A DNA stretch of 64,000 nt, from NCBI GenBank assembly GCA_963746775.1, contig CAVVCK010000002.1:367592-431591 (forward strand), given 5' to 3'. This stretch comes from an uncultured bacterium (GTDB lineage Bacteria > Patescibacteriota > JABMPQ01 > CAVVCK01). Below, piece by piece: positions 8,900 to 18,158 of this stretch (within the stretch, counting starts at the first letter, position 1; every line of letters begins with the position of its first letter). The notes below the pieces were generated by a model, which worked only from the letters and a program-made list of their open reading frames with translations, was not told the DNA's origin and did no database searches. A program made the translations under genes and the position numbers.

Positions 8900-9448
8900 T
8901 TATTTTCTGCTATACAATCCGATAATTTCCGCTTTATCTATAATATGCCCTACCATTGCATTTTCAAGATCGGGCTTTTTAGTATTTGGAGTTAAATCTA
9001 ATTCAATATCTAAAGCATAAACTTTAAAATAGTAATGATGTGCCCCAGAAGACGGACAAGGAGCACCATAGCCCGTACTTCCAAAACTAGTAATACCCTC
9101 AATTGCTCCTTCCGACACACTATTTTCTTTAATCTCACTCGTTCCGGGATTAATATTCCAAGCCAACCAATGAACAAAATCGCCAGAGGGTGCATCGGGA
9201 TCATCGAAAATTAAAGCTAAGCTTTTGGTGCCTTCTGGAATTTCTGAAATTTGTAAAGGCGGATTTACCCCTTCCCCATCGCAAGTATATTTGGCTGGAA
9301 GAGATTGTCCATTTTCAAAAGATGAACTTTTTATTTGCATAATATTTTTTAAATTATTATTTAAAATAGGTTCCGACTGCATGCCACAACCTACTATTAG
9401 CGTAGCGAAAAACAACAAGGGAATAATTAAAAATATTTTTGTTATCAT
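8900..9448 (-). CDS. YbhB/YbcL (PEBP/RKIP) family lipoprotein
   Basis: 182 aa; lipobox LIVGCG; PEBP signatures DPDAP...FVHWLAWNI...HHYYFKVYALD. Confidence 0.7.
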   Translation of the reverse strand: MITKIFLIIPLLFFATLIVGCGMQSEPILNNNLKNIMQIKSSSFENGQSLPAKYTCDGEGVNPPLQISEIPEGTKSLALIFDDPDAPSGDFVHWLAWNINPGTSEIKENSVSEGAIEGITSFGSTGYGAPCPSSGAHHYYFKVYALDIELDLTPNTKKPDLENAMVGHIIDKAEIIGLYSRK

Positions 9449-9543
9449 TATTTACTTTTTGAAATTAAGAATTTTTTGCCTGCCAGTTCATGTATAGATA
9501 AACTAACAGGCTAGCTTGGAAATGTTTAAGTACAAGAATTTGT

Positions 9544-10047
9544 TCAATCATCTTGAAATCGATCTGTTTGTACCAACTGAGGTATAGGAGAATCTCTTGT
9601 GAGACGAAATTCTCGCACCCGTCTTGGTACAGGCGTAGGCGTGGGAGTGATGCTGGTAAATATAAGTTCTAATAAATCTTCCACGTCTATTTGCCGATCA
9701 ACTTCCATCTCCAAATCATACCTTCTGTCTGTACCTATACTATAAATAGTTATACGTAAAGCTTCTATCTTCTCACCTTCAACCAAGATGATTATTTCTT
9801 GTAGGGGCAATATTTCCATAGAAATATGCTTTAACTTTATCTTCATCGGTGGAAGTAGAGCCGGGATCTGGTCTTTTTGAGCTTCAATTAATGCGATCTC
9901 ATCTTCAAGATTCCCCTCCAAATCACACCTCAAGACATTATCGCCATCATAGAATAAACTAATGGCCCAAATCTTACCATCACTAATAAGCTCAAGAAAT
10001 CCTTGTACTGTTAATTCTTTAAAAGGAACATTCCATAGTATGATCAT
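9544..10047 (-). CDS. Hypothetical protein (locally higher GC)
   Basis: 167-aa ORF, acidic, with a TPTPTPVP linker; no recognisable family; composition differs from the neighbours. Confidence 0.3.
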   Translation of the reverse strand: MIILWNVPFKELTVQGFLELISDGKIWAISLFYDGDNVLRCDLEGNLEDEIALIEAQKDQIPALLPPMKIKLKHISMEILPLQEIIILVEGEKIEALRITIYSIGTDRRYDLEMEVDRQIDVEDLLELIFTSITPTPTPVPRRVREFRLTRDSPIPQLVQTDRFQDD

Positions 10048-10083
10048 CTTATCCCTCCTTGTTTTCTATTGTGTTGTATATTT

Positions 10084-10611
10084 CTATCTAAAATATATTC
10101 TATACTCTAACCAATGATATTTATTACCTCCTTGGACATCTTTATCATATTCTCTAACAATTCTGCCACCCAACAATTCTGGTATCTTTCTACTAGCTAT
10201 ATTTTTATTAGCCACTGGATATAATAAATATTCATATTCTAAATTCTTATCTGCCCATTTCTTCAAAGCTTTCATCGCTTCCTGCCCATATTTATGCCCA
10301 TGAGCTGATTTTTTAAGCCAGATACCTAGCGCTGGATTTTTTTTATCTAAATGGTGCAAACCCATACAGCCTAAGAATTCTTTAGATATTTTGTTTAATA
10401 CTACTAAAATTAGATTGTCACCTTTCTTTAATCCCCTAATTGATTTATCAATAAAATCTTCTGTCTCGCTTACATTTTTAGCAGGTTCAGGATTCATATA
10501 AACAGTAATTTTTTTGGTAAATTCTCTGAAAATATCTTCCTTATATCTCATAGCAATTGGCAAAAGCAAAAGTCGTGAAGTTTTTATTCTGACATTTAAT
10601 AAATTTTTCAT
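10084..10611 (-). CDS. GNAT family N-acetyltransferase (RimJ/RimL-like)
   Basis: 175 aa; RLLLLPIAMRYKEDIF N-terminal motif, followed by an acetyl-CoA-binding-like core. Confidence 0.6.
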   Translation of the reverse strand: MKNLLNVRIKTSRLLLLPIAMRYKEDIFREFTKKITVYMNPEPAKNVSETEDFIDKSIRGLKKGDNLILVVLNKISKEFLGCMGLHHLDKKNPALGIWLKKSAHGHKYGQEAMKALKKWADKNLEYEYLLYPVANKNIASRKIPELLGGRIVREYDKDVQGGNKYHWLEYRIYFR

Positions 10612-10961
10612 TTTTTCCTTTTCTTCTTCTTTAAAATTTTATTGGTAATAAAACTAATAATAGAAATGATTAAAGCTCCCCAAAAGGCTGCCGCAAAAGT
10701 TTCTACTTCTACACCTTCTACGAAATAACTGGCCAAAAGTAGCATCAGAGCATTCACTACTAGAGTAAATAAACCCAGAGTTAAAATTTTAAAAGGCAAA
10801 GTTAAAATTGAGACAATGGGTTTAATAAGTGCATTTATAATACCAAGCACTATAGCCATAACTAAAGCTGTTATAAAATTAGAAACAATGATGCCTGGAA
10901 TTAAATACGCAATTAATAAAATTGCTAGAGCATTGACTAAAAGTCTTAATATAAATTTCAT
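10608..10961 (-). CDS. DUF360 / phage-holin-4_2 family membrane protein
   Basis: 117 aa; LIPGIIVSNFITALVMAIVLGIINALIKPIVSILTLPFKILTLGLFTLVVNALML matches the DUF360 pattern. Overlaps the GNAT gene by 4 bp, suggesting one operon. Confidence 0.6.
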   Translation of the reverse strand: MKFILRLLVNALAILLIAYLIPGIIVSNFITALVMAIVLGIINALIKPIVSILTLPFKILTLGLFTLVVNALMLLLASYFVEGVEVETFAAAFWGALIISIISFITNKILKKKKRKK

Positions 10962-10980
10962 AAATTTTAATGTTTCAGGA

Positions 10981-11008
10981 ACTCAATACTCGGTACCGAG
11001 TATTGAGT
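10981..11008. terminator. Perfect 13-bp-arm palindrome (actcaatactcggtaccgagtattgagt) between two minus-strand genes
   Basis: Perfect inverted repeat centred on ggtacc; terminator or operator. Confidence 0.5.
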
Positions 11009-11016
11009 CCTAATAT

Positions 11017-11379
11017 TTAATTAAATATCGTTATTAAAACCAAAGCCACAATAATAATTCCTAATAAAAATAAAGCAAAATATCCTAGCGTTTGCAATCC
11101 TTCTTTTATTTTATTCTCTTTTAAAATTAAGTAGACTGGATAGCCAAAAACAATTGAGCCCGAAATTGCAGCTGATAAAACAAAAATTACTAACATAAAT
11201 GCTACACCCAAAAATTGTGGAGGATTTGCTTCAACTCTATCTAATATAAGGAAAAATCCCGAAATAAGCAGACAGTAAGCTATAATTCCTAAACTTTCTA
11301 AAAAACCGATTAATAAAGGTGTTTTTTTCATTGTTTTTAAATTATTAATATTGTTTATTTTACCATATATTTTAAACAA
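11017..11379 (-). CDS. Small integral membrane protein (3 TM), hypothetical
   Basis: 120-aa hydrophobic ORF. Confidence 0.35.
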   Translation of the reverse strand: MFKIYGKINNINNLKTMKKTPLLIGFLESLGIIAYCLLISGFFLILDRVEANPPQFLGVAFMLVIFVLSAAISGSIVFGYPVYLILKENKIKEGLQTLGYFALFLLGIIIVALVLITIFN

Positions 11380-11668
11380 AATAAAAAAGCTAATATAATT
11401 TTAACTTTTTTGTTTACCACAAAATACAAAATACCTTTATATTTTTTGGGAGAAAGAAGAAAGGATAGCGATAATAGGATTATAAATTAAGAAATAACGT
11501 CCCTTCCTGTTCAACTCTGGATAAGACCCCAGTTAGTAACTTTTCCTGAGCCTCCTCTAAACTATCAAACTCTTTTATTATTGCATATTGATCTTCTCTT
11601 TTGCGCAATGCACTCACTGAACCAGAGATCAAGCTAAGACAGATGAGAATCCTGGCTAGATGACCTAC

Positions 11669-12442
11669 TCAAGTATTAGGAGGAATAACCTGGTAAGAAT
11701 AATAAAGCAATGCCAGGGGACCACCGACGCTTGCTACTATCCCCCAGCCTCCCGTCCTTTGCTTTATTTCCTTAAATCCTTTCGATGTCAAAGAAAGAGC
11801 TTGCCGCAATACCTCAATATCTTTACCTAACAATCCTAAGCAAGTTAAAGCCTCTTTTACTTTAACAAAATCTGCGCTTCTGATTATGGTAGATATAATT
11901 TTTAATTTGTCTTCACGAGCAATAAAATACTCTTCCTTATCCAAAAGCAAAACCAAAGCTATTTTCATAGCTTGATCGAATTTACCAGTGTCTGTACTTC
12001 CCAACCACTCAAACAAAGTATCCATAATATTATCCGAAACTTCTTCGTCAACTTCACTAAATTGACGGAAAAATTCATCAATATTATATTCTCTCGGAGA
12101 AATCCTCATTCCTCCAGAAGTTGTTGTTTCCATAACAACTCCCTCTTTACTCAATAATCTGATTAGAAAACCTTTGCCTTGCGCAAGATAATCTGTTCCA
12201 GAAAGAGAGGTGCTAGTATCCACTAGAGCTACTTGCCCTTCATGCTGATCATCCCCTTTTTTTGTTTTATAACAGCTTAATACTGTTATTGTTATGGTTT
12301 TTCTACCAAGACAATACGGGCATTTTCGATCTGCGGGATCAATTTCTTTTCCGCAATCTGGACAAACCCCGCAATTCAAACATACCTGGTTAGCGGTCCT
12401 TAGCCACTTATGGCCACACGACCTACAAGTTGTTATCGACAT
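11669..12442 (-). CDS. Hypothetical protein with an N-terminal multi-Cys zinc-ribbon module
   Basis: 257 aa; N-terminus CRSCGHKW...CLNCGVCPDCGKE...CPYC. The zinc-ribbon-coding segment is flanked by a ~35-bp direct repeat (see findings). Confidence 0.4.
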   Translation of the reverse strand: MSITTCRSCGHKWLRTANQVCLNCGVCPDCGKEIDPADRKCPYCLGRKTITITVLSCYKTKKGDDQHEGQVALVDTSTSLSGTDYLAQGKGFLIRLLSKEGVVMETTTSGGMRISPREYNIDEFFRQFSEVDEEVSDNIMDTLFEWLGSTDTGKFDQAMKIALVLLLDKEEYFIAREDKLKIISTIIRSADFVKVKEALTCLGLLGKDIEVLRQALSLTSKGFKEIKQRTGGWGIVASVGGPLALLYYSYQVIPPNT

Positions 12443-12606
12443 TTGTCTCCCTTCTTCTTTGTTTTATAACAGCTTAATACTGTTATCGTTAATGAACTTA
12501 CCTTAACGGAATATTTATTTATATCTTATACTACTTTTAACGTCAAATAAAAAAACAAAGTTATTTATATCTTTGCTCTTTTATTTCAATATAAAATTTT
12601 TAAGTT

Positions 12607-13458
12607 TTATTCCACAATCATAATTTCTTCTTCTAAATCTACTCCAAATTTTTCCTTAACTTTTGTTTTTACTAATGCAATCAACTCCTTTACATCAGAA
12701 GCTTTCGCCTTACCCAAATTCACAATAAAATTACCATGTTTTTCTGATATTTGTGCCTGACCTATTTTATATCCCTTTAAACCTAATTCTTCCACCATTT
12801 TACCAACGCCTATCTCCACAGAATTTTTAAAAACTGATCCGGCGCTAGGCTCCCAAGGATGATTTCCTTTTCTGTAATTTATATTTTTCTCAATTTCTGC
12901 CTTGGCTTCTTCAATATTGCCTTTATTTAATTTAAAATAGCCTGCTAAAATTACATCCTTATTTCTTTTAAATTCTGAATCACGATAGCCAAATTTTATT
13001 TCCTCTTTTGCAAGTTCAATAATTTCGCCATCTCGAATAACTTCAACTTTTTTTAAATAATCACTTATTGATTTTCTAAATGCTCCAGCATTGCCTCTAA
13101 TCGCTCCCCCCACCTCTCCGGGTACTCCAGCTATAAATTCTAAGCCTAATAATTCATTTCTAATTCCAAAATTTATTAAAGCCATTAGTTTCACACCAGA
13201 TTCAGCGTAAACAATGTTATCTTTAATACTTAAGTCTCTTAAATTTAACTTTATAACTAGTCCATCATACCCTTCATCAGAAAATAAGACATTGCTGCCT
13301 CCACATAAAATAAAATATTTTAAATTTTTACTTTCCGCAAATTCTAAGGCTCTCAAAACATCTTGCTTATTTTTAGCTTCTACAAAATATTTGGCTGGGC
13401 CTCCTATTTTGTAAGTTGTGTATGGCGCTAATTTTATATTTTCTTGAATGTTTATCAT
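12607..13458 (-). CDS. murB: UDP-N-acetylenolpyruvoylglucosamine reductase
   Basis: 283 aa; FAD-binding N-terminal pattern (YTTYKIGGPAKYF, LCGGSNVLF) and a MurB C-terminal domain. Confidence 0.85.
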   Translation of the reverse strand: MINIQENIKLAPYTTYKIGGPAKYFVEAKNKQDVLRALEFAESKNLKYFILCGGSNVLFSDEGYDGLVIKLNLRDLSIKDNIVYAESGVKLMALINFGIRNELLGLEFIAGVPGEVGGAIRGNAGAFRKSISDYLKKVEVIRDGEIIELAKEEIKFGYRDSEFKRNKDVILAGYFKLNKGNIEEAKAEIEKNINYRKGNHPWEPSAGSVFKNSVEIGVGKMVEELGLKGYKIGQAQISEKHGNFIVNLGKAKASDVKELIALVKTKVKEKFGVDLEEEIMIVE

Positions 13459-13527
13459 AAATTATATATTAACACTGCTCCTTCAATAATCATAACAATA
13501 ACAATTAATTTCAAAAAGACAATAAAT

Positions 13528-14457
13528 TTAATGATTTTCCCTTTCCAAATACTCTTTTACTTTCGGAATTATTTCCTTGCGCATTAAAATTGAATTAGTT
13601 TTGGCTATATTTTTTTCAAATTTTAAATCTAAAGAATCTTGAACTAATTGTCTGGAATTATTATCAATAACTATTATTATATTATAACCTTTTAAAATAT
13701 CTATAATAGTAAATGCCACAAAATCAAATTTATTATTTTCCTTATATTTTTTTAAAATATTATCAATCTTAATACTGTTTTTATTTAAAAATTCATTAAT
13801 ACCAACAATTTCTAACTGAACAATACAAATTTTTTTATTACCTACTTCAAGTATTTTCCAATCTTCTTTCAGTATTTCACTCAATTGCCTGCCACTTAAA
13901 TCAGACTTTGCCCTAAACATTTCTTCAATATAATTATTATCAATCTTTATAAATTCAGAAAGCCACTCAAACATCTTTTTATCTCTGTTAGTCGTAATAT
14001 TGCCTCGAAAATTAACAGTATTCGAAGCTATAGCAGAATATAATAAAATTGCAGACTCACTACTAATCTTAATTTTTTCTTTATAAAATTTCTCTGCAAT
14101 TAAGGTTGCACATGCTCCTACTAATTCTATTTGTTTTCTTTTTAAATTCTTTAACCTATTAGCATCATACACTTTCCTGTGATCTATTACTTCTATAATT
14201 TTATTATCATCAATGCCAGGTGCATTATCAGTATCAACTAAAATTACTTCGTCATAATCATTAATATTTTTTAACTTGTGAAGTCTATTAATATCAAATT
14301 TATTCAAAACAAATTCAGCCTCTCTGTGTATATTTCCGTCAAAAACACCAACCACATTTTCACCTTTTTTGTTTAAAAATTCACTATAAGCATAAATACA
14401 GGCATATGTATCTAAATCTGGATTCTTATATCCTGTTATTATTGTTTTTATCATCAC
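13528..14457 (-). CDS. DHH-family phosphoesterase (family II inorganic pyrophosphatase-like)
   Basis: 309 aa; GYKNPDLDTYACIYAYSEFL, VLVDTDN, VIDHRK (DHH-type motifs). Confidence 0.55.
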   Translation of the reverse strand: MMIKTIITGYKNPDLDTYACIYAYSEFLNKKGENVVGVFDGNIHREAEFVLNKFDINRLHKLKNINDYDEVILVDTDNAPGIDDNKIIEVIDHRKVYDANRLKNLKRKQIELVGACATLIAEKFYKEKIKISSESAILLYSAIASNTVNFRGNITTNRDKKMFEWLSEFIKIDNNYIEEMFRAKSDLSGRQLSEILKEDWKILEVGNKKICIVQLEIVGINEFLNKNSIKIDNILKKYKENNKFDFVAFTIIDILKGYNIIIVIDNNSRQLVQDSLDLKFEKNIAKTNSILMRKEIIPKVKEYLERENH

Positions 14458-15077
14458 AATACTTTCTTTAATACTTGCTTATTTAAGATAGCTAACCAAG
14501 TTTTTAAATATTTTGAAATGGGGTCGTTATCTTTTATTTTTCCTTTTCTAATGTGGTACATAGAGCCAAAAGATAGCGCTTGAAATCTTATAAAATCATT
14601 TTTCAAAATATCATTTTTGCTTTTAGAAAAATTTTTATCAATATTTTCCATTTGCAACCTATAATTCCTCTGGCATAACCTATAATCTTCATACCTTTTA
14701 TCTAGCAACTTCTCCCAATAATTAATACTTTTCTCTCCTATTTTTAATTTCTCTAACCAATTTTTAAATATTACTGGTATTTTGTCCTTCACTTGCTGCC
14801 AAAAATATATTTCTTCTGCCCTTATTTCTGCCAAATCATCAATCAAAAACATAGTGAAGCATAGAGCTGTAATGGATAATTCATTATATACTTTATCTCT
14901 CTGTACTTTAGTCATTTCTTGAAAATTAAAATTCTTTCTAAATTGACCGTCTCGAAAGACATCAAAAGCAGAATTCAAAACAAACTTTACCAGCTCCTCA
15001 CTAGTTTTTTCCGCATCTTTCTCTGGATTATATTCCCAGAAGTTTTTAAAAATATTTTTGAACATTTTTTTGATCAC
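14454..15077 (-). CDS. Hypothetical protein
   Basis: 207-aa ORF overlapping the DHH gene by 4 bp (operon); no motif recognised. Confidence 0.3.
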   Translation of the reverse strand: MIKKMFKNIFKNFWEYNPEKDAEKTSEELVKFVLNSAFDVFRDGQFRKNFNFQEMTKVQRDKVYNELSITALCFTMFLIDDLAEIRAEEIYFWQQVKDKIPVIFKNWLEKLKIGEKSINYWEKLLDKRYEDYRLCQRNYRLQMENIDKNFSKSKNDILKNDFIRFQALSFGSMYHIRKGKIKDNDPISKYLKTWLAILNKQVLKKVL

Positions 15078-15168
15078 AGGAATCCGAAACCCCCAAAGGT
15101 TTTTGGATTCCTTTACGTACTTTTATTTTAAAATATATTTTATCTATTTCGATCTTTCTGTTATTTTG

Positions 15169-17829
15169 TTATCTTGTTTTTTTTGTTCTTTTGATTATAA
15201 ACCACCACTTCACCGCTTCTATAGACATTATTTCAAATATACCAATAAAAACTAACAATATCCAATCTTTTAAGCCTAGCGGTACAGTATTTAAAATGTT
15301 TTGTAAAAAGGGAAGGTATAGAGAAATTATTATCATAGAGAAACCAAACAAGACAGCTATATTTAGATACATATTAGCGAAAGGATTCATCTGCCAAATA
15401 TTACGTCGCAGACTGCGACAGCTAAAAACATTACAGAGCGAATCAATTCCTACTACCACAAAAACGATTGTCCTGGCATAAGTTAAATCATAATTTTTCA
15501 ATAAATAATAATATAAACCAAACAAAACAATATCTGTCATTATGCTAATACCAAAAATCAATGTTTTCATTTCACGATCTAAAATTGGTTCGGATAATTT
15601 CCTGGGCGGATCAGACATCAAACCTTTTTCTTTCTTTTCAAATGTTAGAGCAAAATCAGGTAAACCATCTTCTACTAAATTAGTCCACAATATTTGAGCA
15701 GCCGTTAGAGGCAGGGGCAAACCCAGTAGTAAACTGCCACCAACTAATAATAATTCTGAAAAACTACCCGATAATAAATACAGGGTAACTTTTTTTATAT
15801 TATCAAAAATAGCTCGGCCTTCTTCTACAGCCCCTTCAATAGTCCTAAAATTAGAATCAAGCAAAATCATGTCAGAAGTATCCTTAGCTGCTTCAGTACC
15901 AGAGCCCATAGCAATGCCAATATCGGCTGATTTAAGGGCTGGGGCATCATTAATACCATCTCCAGTCATAGCTACTACCTCTCCCTGCCTTTGCAAAATA
16001 TCAACTATATTTAATTTGTGTTTTGGTGCCACTCGTGCAAATATTTTTATTCCAGGAATTATTTCTTCTAATTGCTCCGGTGCCAATTGATCAAATTCTT
16101 CCCCGCTAATTATTTCTCTATCCTCAACATCAAAACCAACTTCATGTGCAATAGCTTTGGCTGTTAATTTGTGATCGCCAGTAATCATTTTAATTTTTAT
16201 ACCTGCCTTCTTGCATATTCTTATTGCTTCCTTAACTCCTGGTCTTATAGGATCTCTAATAGCTACCAGACCTGTGAACACTAAGCCCTCTTTAACCTCT
16301 TTATTTAAATCAATACTATTACCTTCAATTTCTTTATAAGCAAAAGCTAAAACTCTATAAGTTTTTTTGCTCAAATTTTCATTGCTTTTAATTATTTTAT
16401 TCCTATCTTGATCATTAATGGCTCTACTAGTACCTTCTTCATAAATATATTTTGAGCGTTCTATGATTCTTTCGGCTGATCCTTTAATGTAGATAATAAT
16501 TTTACCAGAATTCTCGTCCTTATAAGCTACTGCCATATATTTCAAGTAAGAATCAAAAGGAATTTCAGCAATTAATTTTAAATTTTTCTCTAATTCTGAT
16601 TTTTTTAGTCCTGCCATACCTCCTGCTTGTACTAAAGCTACTTCTGTTGGATCACCAAGTATTTTCCAATCCTCTACCCTATCATCATCTATTTCTCCGA
16701 AATAGACATCATTACAAAGTAAGCCGTTTTGTAGTGTTTTTTCTAAATCACATGATTTTATTTTTCCCAAATCAGAATTATTGAATTCTTTGAGAGGCGT
16801 AATGATTTTCTCCACCGTCATTTTACCTGAAGTTATCGTACCTGTTTTATCAGTACAAATAACAGTTGTACTGCCTAGTGTTTCCGTAGCTAGAAGTTCA
16901 CGTACTAATGCTTTTCTTTTTAATATCCGACGCATACCAAGAGCTAAGATTATCGTAACAGCTACAATTAATCCTTCGGGTATAGCAGCTACTGCCACCG
17001 CTATAGCGAAAATAAACATTTCAGCCATTGATCTGCCCATAAATACTCCATAGGCCATAATAATTACCAAGCAAGCAGCAATTAAAATAGTTAGCTGTAA
17101 ACTCAATTTTTGCATTCGAATCTGGAGTGGTGTTTCTTCTTCCTTAGCCTCCACTACTAATTTAGTTATCTTACCTATTTCTGTTTCAATATTTGTCGCA
17201 CAAATTATAGCTTTAGCCTTACCGGTTGTAACTACTGTTCCCATATAAATCATATTTTCCCTATCACCTAGAGAAGTTTTTTCTGGTAAAACTTTTTGTG
17301 CTTCTTTTTTGGCTGGCAGAGATTCTCCGGTTAGGGCCATTTCATTTATTTGGAAATCTTGAGTCTCAATTAGCCTGGCATCAGCCGGCACCTTATCTCC
17401 TGAATCTAGAAAAATAATATCACCAGGAACGACCTCATGAGCATCTATCATCTTCACTTTGCCCTGCCTTAGTATTTTAGCTTTAACTTGAACCATATGT
17501 CTTAGGGCATCAATAGTTTTCTTAGCTTTATTTTCTTGGAAAAATCCAATGGCAATATTTAAAACTACTGAGGCTAAAATAACCCCCATATCTGTATATT
17601 CATGAAGCAAAAATGATATTAGAGCAGCTAATAAAAGTATAATAGTAAAAGTACCCTTGAATTGGCTTAAAAATATTATAAAACTAGAGGGAAATTTAGC
17701 TTCTGGTAGCTTATTTTTACCATATTTCTTTTGTCTTTCTGTAACTTCTTTTTCTGACAAACCTTTATCTGTATTAACATTTAAACTTGAAATAATATCT
17801 TTAATTGTTTTTGTGTAATAATTAGTCAT
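15169..17829 (-). CDS. P-type cation-transporting ATPase (type IIA Ca2+/Mg2+-like)
   Basis: 886 aa; TGES, DKTGTIT, MITGDH, TGDGINDAPAL motifs; 10 TM helices. Confidence 0.9.
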   Translation of the reverse strand: MTNYYTKTIKDIISSLNVNTDKGLSEKEVTERQKKYGKNKLPEAKFPSSFIIFLSQFKGTFTIILLLAALISFLLHEYTDMGVILASVVLNIAIGFFQENKAKKTIDALRHMVQVKAKILRQGKVKMIDAHEVVPGDIIFLDSGDKVPADARLIETQDFQINEMALTGESLPAKKEAQKVLPEKTSLGDRENMIYMGTVVTTGKAKAIICATNIETEIGKITKLVVEAKEEETPLQIRMQKLSLQLTILIAACLVIIMAYGVFMGRSMAEMFIFAIAVAVAAIPEGLIVAVTIILALGMRRILKRKALVRELLATETLGSTTVICTDKTGTITSGKMTVEKIITPLKEFNNSDLGKIKSCDLEKTLQNGLLCNDVYFGEIDDDRVEDWKILGDPTEVALVQAGGMAGLKKSELEKNLKLIAEIPFDSYLKYMAVAYKDENSGKIIIYIKGSAERIIERSKYIYEEGTSRAINDQDRNKIIKSNENLSKKTYRVLAFAYKEIEGNSIDLNKEVKEGLVFTGLVAIRDPIRPGVKEAIRICKKAGIKIKMITGDHKLTAKAIAHEVGFDVEDREIISGEEFDQLAPEQLEEIIPGIKIFARVAPKHKLNIVDILQRQGEVVAMTGDGINDAPALKSADIGIAMGSGTEAAKDTSDMILLDSNFRTIEGAVEEGRAIFDNIKKVTLYLLSGSFSELLLVGGSLLLGLPLPLTAAQILWTNLVEDGLPDFALTFEKKEKGLMSDPPRKLSEPILDREMKTLIFGISIMTDIVLFGLYYYLLKNYDLTYARTIVFVVVGIDSLCNVFSCRSLRRNIWQMNPFANMYLNIAVLFGFSMIIISLYLPFLQNILNTVPLGLKDWILLVFIGIFEIMSIEAVKWWFIIKRTKKTR

Positions 17830-18087
17830 TCTAAACTTTAATTTATAAATTATACATTCTATTATAGCTTATTTAAATCAAAATCCCTATATTTTTTATA
17901 TAAAATAAAATAGCGCTGTCGGATAACAAACGCTAATATAAAAGAACGTTTTTAACATAATTTAATGTAAAATAAAATAATAGAGTCAATAATTAACATT
18001 AAAATAATTTGAAATTTACAAGCACCCTTCTTCTTTAGCGCCTGCATACTTTCCTCCTTTCTTTCGATCCTTATCATCGGAAAAAGA

Positions 18088-18116
18088 AAAAGGATAATTT
18101 TTAAAATTTATCCTTT
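18088..18116 (-). terminator. Palindromic hairpin plus T-run downstream of the DUF2207 gene
   Basis: aaaggataa...ttatccttt arms followed by a T-rich tract on the minus strand. Confidence 0.4.
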
Positions 18117-18158
18117 CCCCTATTTCTAACAATAAAATATTCTAAGTAGAAATATAAT

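Noticed and set aside
9010-9497. ORFs 9010..9204 (-) and 9225..9497 (+)
   Set aside because: Alternative frame of, or antisense to, the PEBP lipoprotein gene.
10816-11013. Plus-strand 65-aa ORF
   Set aside because: Antisense to the DUF360 gene and spanning the palindromic terminator.
11400-11670. GC-richer 270-bp intergenic stretch as a possible ncRNA
   Set aside because: Only weak, non-nested pairings were seen by eye and no recognisable consensus. It is covered by no feature or finding.
11972-12506. Plus-strand ORFs 11972..12157 and 12294..12506
   Set aside because: Antisense to the 257-aa zinc-ribbon protein gene.
14919-17053. Small plus-strand ORFs (14919, 15058, 15191, 15869, 16781) around and inside the P-type ATPase
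   Set aside because: Antisense to long, motif-supported genes.
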